From positions 5,332 to 69,331 of the forward strand of contig CAXGJQ010000001.1 in NCBI GenBank assembly GCA_964009815.1: a stretch of 64,000 nucleotides of DNA. The letters are read 5' to 3'. Made by a program: the position numbers and the translations under genes. The notes beneath the pieces are model-generated. The model had not been told where the DNA came from. It saw nothing but the letters and a program-made list of their open reading frames with translations, and made no database searches. Source of the stretch: an uncultured Candidatus Poseidoniales archaeon. GTDB taxonomy: Archaea; Thermoplasmatota; Poseidoniia; Poseidoniales; Poseidoniaceae. Below are positions 58,640-64,000 of this stretch, piece by piece. Position 1 is the first letter of the stretch. Each line of letters opens with the position of its first letter.

Positions 58640-58684
58640 GGCGACAACTCATCACTGGCAACAGTACATAACGAATTTTGAAAT

Positions 58685-59278
58685 TCAATCCTCGCCTTGA
58701 CGGGCCCGGCACACGGCTACGAAATTCTCAAACATTTCTTTTCCAAACTCCGAATCGTTCACTTCGGGATGAAATTGCAAGCCAAAGCGGTCGCCAGCCT
58801 CATTTTCCATGCCTTGAACTTTGCACGAAGGGCTCCCCGCCGTGATAAAGAAGCCATCTGGGACGACATGAACTTCATCGTTGTGCGATTCCCAAACCGT
58901 TTGAGTGGGGTTGGTCCCTGCAAAGATGGCCCCTCCGCCTTCAATCAATTCGATGTCCATCGCCCCAAACTCAGGTTCAGGAGACTCGCGAGCGTCGCCG
59001 CCGTAATGCCGGGCCATGAATTGATGTCCGGCACAGATGCCGAGAATAGGGATGTCCAATTCCAAATACGCTCCGCAATTGCCCAACTCGCCGCTCAAGC
59101 CGACACGCGCCGCGCCGCCCGAGAGGATGAGGCCGTCGAGTTCACGGAGTTCACTCACCGGTGTTGTGTTGTCAATGATCTGTGTGTCCACTTTGAGATA
59201 ACGAAGCATGCGCCATTCTCGGTGTGTCCACTGGCCTCCATTGTCCACGACATCAATCACAAGGGGCCTGTCCGACAT
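58685..59278 (-). CDS. guaAA: GMP synthase glutamine amidotransferase subunit A (archaeal split type)
   Basis: DNGGQWTHR, LILSGG, PILGICAGHQ, SHNDEV, LQFHPEV. Confidence 0.93.
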   Translation of the reverse strand: MSDRPLVIDVVDNGGQWTHREWRMLRYLKVDTQIIDNTTPVSELRELDGLILSGGAARVGLSGELGNCGAYLELDIPILGICAGHQFMARHYGGDARESPEPEFGAMDIELIEGGGAIFAGTNPTQTVWESHNDEVHVVPDGFFITAGSPSCKVQGMENEAGDRFGLQFHPEVNDSEFGKEMFENFVAVCRARQGED

Positions 59279-59378
59279 GGTGCTCACTCTCCCGGATGTG
59301 GTTGAGGAACGACCATGAACATGCCGATGCACGGGGATTCGTGAAGTGCTTCAACGACGATGAATTCGAAGATGCCGT

Positions 59379-59501
59379 TTAGCGCTGATGGGTCGTGACA
59401 GACCCGCAAACTCGGCACCAAACCTTGATGCCGTCCTTTCGTGGAGGAATGCCAGCGATGTTGATGCTCGCCCCGCATGTGCACTTCACGATGTTCTCCA
59501 T
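59379..59501 (-). CDS. 40-aa zinc-ribbon microprotein
   Basis: Hand-translated MENIVKCTCGASINIAGIPPRKDGIKVWCRVCGSVTTHQR; CxCG and CxxCG knuckles; TTCATGAA box 23-30 nt upstream. Confidence 0.7.
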   Translation of the reverse strand: MENIVKCTCGASINIAGIPPRKDGIKVWCRVCGSVTTHQR

Positions 59502-59540
59502 GGGCAATCCGAGTCATCGGTGCTTCATGAAGTGAACGCT

Positions 59541-60671
59541 TCAATCCCATGTGATGGTGGATTGAAACACCACAAAACATCGCGTGGTGGAGAACCCTTT
59601 GACTTCAGAAACCAGCGTGTCGCTTGGTATCCCTCCCGCAGCTTCAACCATCGCTTCCAGTTGGGCGACGCGCCCGTCGAGAGAGGTGCGCTCGATGATG
59701 GCCCACCCGCGCAAAAGGCCCAATTCAGAAGGGATAAACAACGGAAAGAGGTCTGGAAGGTGCTCAAAACTATCGTGAGGGAGGTTCACCAACACCACGT
59801 TGGCTTTCCCGCAAAGCCCCTCATCTTCTTTCCATGTTCGTGCGTCTTTGCACACCACGGCTGACGGTGAGAACGGGGAGGAGGATTTCCGCGTCCAACT
59901 GGAAAGGTTCTTGCTCAGTAAATCAACCGCTTTCGGGTTCAAATCTCCAGCAAGATACCCCGAAACGAGGCCTTCGTGCCTTAACAACAGAGGAAAAGCG
60001 GGGCCAACACCGGCGTAGGGGTCAGCGACCACCAAAGGAGAACCGAGTCGTTCTCGAAACCCTTGAAGCAATTCATACGTGTTCAATCGCTGCTTTGACA
60101 GGCGCGCAGAGTAATAGATCTCCCCTGGGTCAACGTGGATGGTGAATTCATGTTCTCGGACGGTAGTGGTCGTGTGCTGGCTCCCATCACGGCTGGCGAT
60201 TGGTCGGAGGTCACGGACGCGGAAATCGCCAACAACTCCTTCATCCGCGCATACAATGCGGACGCTTGGCATCTGCTCCATCATCGCTTTCGCCATGGCC
60301 GAAGCGTGAGGGCGAACCTCTTCCTCCAATTTCACGAGAAGGACATCCCCTTGAACCTCGTAGGACGAAGGCCAAAAGGAATCAGGAAGGGTTTGGAGTT
60401 CGGTCGGTAGGCGTTCCCTCCAATGCCTTGGTCCGTTCTCTCTTGGAGGCGCATCGATGTGGTTCAGCCCCTCCCAACAAGGGTCATCCTCGGCTGGAGC
60501 TTGGTCGTTGAGTGGAACGCCGCGGCGGCCTTCATCCAACGGAAGAACCCCGCTTCCACCGAGCCATCCATTCGCTTTGCAACGCTCCAACCAAACCTGT
60601 GTCTGGTCGCTCGGCACGCTCAAATGACGCATGGCCCTCGCCCTGTCCAAGCGCTTCGGTGGTTTGAGCAT
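59541..60671 (-). CDS. Trm5/Tyw2 (Met-10+) family SAM-dependent tRNA-modifying enzyme
   Basis: SYEVQGDV, GDFRVR, VREHE, YYSARL, DPYAGVGP, DLNP, VNLP. Confidence 0.85.
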   Translation of the reverse strand: MLKPPKRLDRARAMRHLSVPSDQTQVWLERCKANGWLGGSGVLPLDEGRRGVPLNDQAPAEDDPCWEGLNHIDAPPRENGPRHWRERLPTELQTLPDSFWPSSYEVQGDVLLVKLEEEVRPHASAMAKAMMEQMPSVRIVCADEGVVGDFRVRDLRPIASRDGSQHTTTTVREHEFTIHVDPGEIYYSARLSKQRLNTYELLQGFRERLGSPLVVADPYAGVGPAFPLLLRHEGLVSGYLAGDLNPKAVDLLSKNLSSWTRKSSSPFSPSAVVCKDARTWKEDEGLCGKANVVLVNLPHDSFEHLPDLFPLFIPSELGLLRGWAIIERTSLDGRVAQLEAMVEAAGGIPSDTLVSEVKGFSTTRCFVVFQSTITWD

Positions 60672-61557
60672 GGCGGCAAGAGATTCCGAATCCAGTGCCT
60701 TCCCTGAGAAAGGCTTGCTGTTGGTCGGCATGGGCATGGGTTCACTCGATGGAATGACCGTTGAAGCCCAAAGGGCTGCAAAGGCCGCTGACCATCGACG
60801 ATACGAGGCTTACACGGCACTTTGGCCTGATGATGAATTGAATCGACTCGAAGAAATGGCCGGGCCCATTCAACGGGTGATGCGCCCTGAGGTTGAAGAG
60901 CCGGATGAGTTGTTTGCGCTCGCCAAACAATCCCTTGTTGCTCTGCTCGTGGTGGGCGACCCGCTTCAAGCCACCACGCACGTCGACCTGCAATTGCGCG
61001 CTCAAGATGCCGGTATTGACTGCCGGGTCGTCCATGGAATTTCCATCACCACCGTGGTCACTGGAGCCATTGGGCTCTCAAACTACAAATTCGGGCGTCA
61101 GACAACCCTGACGTATCCCTACGGAGATTGGATCGCCACCTCTCCATTGGAGGTCTTGGCAGCAAATTGGGAACAAAACCTGCACACCTTGGCGCTCCTG
61201 GACCTCGACCCCACTGGGCTGGGAACCGGTGACCAGCGCCCCATGCGGCCAAAAGACGCCGTCCAATCCATGCGCCTCATGTGGGAAAAACTTCAGGAAA
61301 CGGCGGATGAGCCGCTTTCAGAAGAATACGTGCGCTTGGCTTTTCGACAAATGGCGACTAAACTCTACCTTCAGCAATCCTTTGATGACATCCCAGTGGT
61401 GTTGTGTTCCGATATGGGGACCAGCGAGCAATCCATGGTGACCACCACGCTTGGAGGACTCGGCGATGAGCAGGGGGGGCGGTTGAACTGCCTCGTCTTC
61501 CCAGCAAGCACGGGTGAGGTTGAAGACAAGGCGTTGCTTCGTTGGAAAAAGGAGTGA
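60670..61557 (+). CDS. dph5: Diphthine synthase
   Basis: LVGMG, YEAYT, LVVGDPLQATTH, GLSNYKFG, LHTLALLD. Confidence 0.92.
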   Translation: MAARDSESSAFPEKGLLLVGMGMGSLDGMTVEAQRAAKAADHRRYEAYTALWPDDELNRLEEMAGPIQRVMRPEVEEPDELFALAKQSLVALLVVGDPLQATTHVDLQLRAQDAGIDCRVVHGISITTVVTGAIGLSNYKFGRQTTLTYPYGDWIATSPLEVLAANWEQNLHTLALLDLDPTGLGTGDQRPMRPKDAVQSMRLMWEKLQETADEPLSEEYVRLAFRQMATKLYLQQSFDDIPVVLCSDMGTSEQSMVTTTLGGLGDEQGGRLNCLVFPASTGEVEDKALLRWKKE

Positions 61558-61562
61558 GGGAA

Positions 61563-63668
61563 ATGTTCGGGCTTTCGGATGAACTGGTGCTCCTTCTCTC
61601 CTTCCTGTTGTTCATGGGCTTCTTTGCCGGTGTTGGCCTTGCGTCCATGCGCGTGAAGCAAGACACAACCGACGATTACCTGGTCGCAGGGCGAGGAATG
61701 CATCCGGCCCTCGCTGCTTTGAGTGCCGTCAGCACATGGAACTCGGGCTACATGTTCATCGGCTTCATCGGTTTCATTTTCGTCCAAGGATACTCGGGCA
61801 TATGGATTGGCCTCGTCTCAACCTTGGGCCAAGCCGTTGCGTGGATATGGCTCTACAAATTCATCCAAAAAGAAGGGGCTGAGCGCGGCGTTCGTTCCCT
61901 TTCCTCACTCGTTTCGAAAACAAGAGGGTCTCCTGAAGCAAAATTAGCTGGCATCCTCTCAGTGGTGTTTCTTGCTATTTATGCCGCGGCGCAACTCGTC
62001 GCTGGCGGTGTGGCGCTCCGGGCCATGCTTGGATGGTCGGAAGTAGCTGGCATCCTCATTGGTTTCGTGCTCGTTGTGGCGTACTGCTATGCTGGGGGCA
62101 TCCGCGCCTCCATCTGGACCGATGCGGCGCAATCCTGTGTTATGCTGGTCGGCTCAACCATCCTGTGCTACGTGGCGGTTTCCGAAGTCGGCGGCTTATC
62201 CGGCCTCCATGGAACACTTCGGGACATCGACCCAGGGATGGTGAATTTCTTCCCCGCCGACCTTACCTTCGGTGTCACGTTGTGGATTGGCGCATTTTTC
62301 CTTGGCGGACTTGGCGTGGCAGGCCAACCGCAAGTGGTGTCGCGTGTCATGACACTCAAGGACGACAAGGACAGAAAAGAAGCAGCGATTTGGTTCTTCG
62401 TCTGGCAGACGCCGTTTATCGCACTCATGTTCATCATTGGCCTTGCGTGTCGCGCTATTTTCCTCGACCTGGATGCTTCTCAAGCCCAGGACGGTCTGCC
62501 CTTGTTGGCCATGGAAGTGCTCAGTCCCTTCCTTGCAGGTGTGATTCTCGCCTCCATTTTTGCAGCCACCATGTCAACAGCTGACAGCCAGGTGCTGGCC
62601 TGTACGGCGGCCATCACCGACGACGTGAAACCCGAATGGAGTCAAGAGCACAAGACCACGAAACTCGTGACCATGGTCGTCGCTGTGTTTGCCACCCTCA
62701 TCGCCTTGGTCGGGCAGCAATTCCCCGGCTTCGGAGATTCGGTCTTTGCCCTCGTGGTGTTGGCGGTGTACGGCTTGGGCGGCATCTTCGTGCCCTTGTT
62801 GTTGATTCGCATGATGGGGTATGAACCTGATACAGAGCACACGATTTGGATGATGATCGCCGCTCTGAGCGCCGTCATCGTTTGGAGTTTTAGCCCGTGG
62901 GGCGCAGACATCTTCCCATCCATTCCCGCCATGAGTTCGGCGTTCGCCACGCACTTCATTCTCTGTTGGAAGCGGTCGGAATCCCCTTCAGAACCGTTTG
63001 GGCGGTACAGCCTGCCAACCCAACGGACCACCACCATCGGAGCGGTCGTTCTCTTGGTCCTCTTTGGAGCATTGGAAGGCACCTACTACACCATGGCGCC
63101 AGATGCCAGTGAGGCTTCCGGAGACAACCCCTACCAGCTGAGTTACACCGTCAGTGAATGGACGCAATCCGAAACGTTGAACCTCAACGATGGCGAGACA
63201 CAGACCTTCAGTGTCTCCATTGACGACACCATGACCGCTGTCCTCGGTGCGACCCTCACCATCACGTACAGTGACACCGGTGAAACGGCCACAAATGCGT
63301 GCGATGACATCGTCACGAATCCTGATTATAGTGCACTCGCTGGTCCCTTTTCGGAGAGTGACGATTCGGAGCGAAGCACCAATGCGTGCGATACCACCAC
63401 CGTTGTGGGCAGCATCGTCCCGAACGTAGCCCTTCAGGAATACGCCTCCGGCGTAGGTGATTACACGCTCAACGGTACGGAAGACAACCTCATCGAAGTC
63501 CTGAACATGCTCGGTAAATCACCGGAAATGATGGGGACGTTGAACATGGACGTCGGTTTGAATGCCAACAATGGAAATTTCTTCGGTGGAGATTCAACTG
63601 AATCGGTCACCGTCACGCTCAACCTGCTGGTGTTTCAACCGAGCGGCATGACTCCTCTCACAATGTGA
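61563..63668 (+). CDS. Sodium:solute (proline-type) symporter with a C-terminal extracellular extension
   Basis: DDYLVAGR, ALSAVST.NSGYMFIG, GGIRASIWTD, GQPQV, AATMSTADSQ. Confidence 0.9.
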   Translation: MFGLSDELVLLLSFLLFMGFFAGVGLASMRVKQDTTDDYLVAGRGMHPALAALSAVSTWNSGYMFIGFIGFIFVQGYSGIWIGLVSTLGQAVAWIWLYKFIQKEGAERGVRSLSSLVSKTRGSPEAKLAGILSVVFLAIYAAAQLVAGGVALRAMLGWSEVAGILIGFVLVVAYCYAGGIRASIWTDAAQSCVMLVGSTILCYVAVSEVGGLSGLHGTLRDIDPGMVNFFPADLTFGVTLWIGAFFLGGLGVAGQPQVVSRVMTLKDDKDRKEAAIWFFVWQTPFIALMFIIGLACRAIFLDLDASQAQDGLPLLAMEVLSPFLAGVILASIFAATMSTADSQVLACTAAITDDVKPEWSQEHKTTKLVTMVVAVFATLIALVGQQFPGFGDSVFALVVLAVYGLGGIFVPLLLIRMMGYEPDTEHTIWMMIAALSAVIVWSFSPWGADIFPSIPAMSSAFATHFILCWKRSESPSEPFGRYSLPTQRTTTIGAVVLLVLFGALEGTYYTMAPDASEASGDNPYQLSYTVSEWTQSETLNLNDGETQTFSVSIDDTMTAVLGATLTITYSDTGETATNACDDIVTNPDYSALAGPFSESDDSERSTNACDTTTVVGSIVPNVALQEYASGVGDYTLNGTEDNLIEVLNMLGKSPEMMGTLNMDVGLNANNGNFFGGDSTESVTVTLNLLVFQPSGMTPLTM

Positions 63669-64000
63669 AGGTCATGCCCTGCTCGCCAACCGCCCAACCC
63701 ATATCGATGACGGTTTGATGTTCTGGTGAAGTGGGTACGTGAAGCGGGTTGGTATGGTTAAGATGAATGAACACGACCTCGGGGTCGCCCTCAGCACGCG
63801 GCCCTAATCGCTCGAGCGTTTCGCTGACGGTGGGGTGAGGTACCTCGTCTTGCCTTCGGCCGCGGAGTTCATTCGCACTCCAAAAGGTTCCATCGACAAG
63901 GGCGATGTCAACGCGAAGGGTGCTGAGCCATTCCCGAATTGAAGAAGCGTTGTGATGAGCGAGCGTGTCGTCCCATCGGTCGTGGTCGGGAAGAAAGAGA
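63658..64000 (-). CDS. PqqB-like metallo-beta-lactamase-fold protein, 5' end outside the window
   Basis: Hand translation: LFLPDHDRW..IALVDGTFWSANEL..VPHP..FIHLNHTNPL..GMTFTL*. Confidence 0.8.
   Translation of the reverse strand, partial: LFLPDHDRWDDTLAHHNASSIREWLSTLRVDIALVDGTFWSANELRGRRQDEVPHPTVSETLERLGPRAEGDPEVVFIHLNHTNPLHVPTSPEHQTVIDMGWAVGEQGMTFTL

Noticed and set aside
59284..59580. 98-aa His-rich minus-strand ORF
   Set aside because: No recognisable motifs and it overlaps the Trm5-like gene end; the Zn-ribbon frame is more convincing.

Overview
Gene-dense archaeal chromosome segment with no rRNA, CRISPR array, integrase or transposase. The gene content points to a Marine Group II euryarchaeon (Ca. 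Poseidoniales); this placement is inferred, not searched. Archaeal informational genes (TFB, topo VI A/B, RpoP, RFC-like, Dph5, Trm5-like, archaeal phosphopantothenate synthetase, split GMP synthase) are mixed with bacterial-type genes (DEAD-box helicase, GPx, topo IB, RNase HI, PlsC-like acyltransferase) and large acidic surface proteins. There are about 60 CDS and two tRNAs (Arg-CCT, Asp-GTC). Four CDS missing from the ORF track were read by hand: two edge-truncated genes, rpoP and a 40-aa Zn-ribbon microprotein. The best novelty candidate is a head-to-tail di-ubiquitin-like (ThiS/SAMP-type) precursor at 51461-51895. Both of its units end in LVGG, a 3-residue tail masks the final GG, and the two units share a near-identical DNA repeat, as in eukaryotic polyubiquitin genes. 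Other highlights: a ribbon-helix-helix-fumarase fusion, a COG4337-type (iota-class) carbonic anhydrase candidate, a short bacterial-type topo IB, an adducin-like pseudo-aldolase, a catalytically degenerate SdhA paralog, a surface protein with two-Cys LDL-A-like repeats, and two orphan DNA methyltransferases. All family calls come from motif recognition by eye; no database searches were run.
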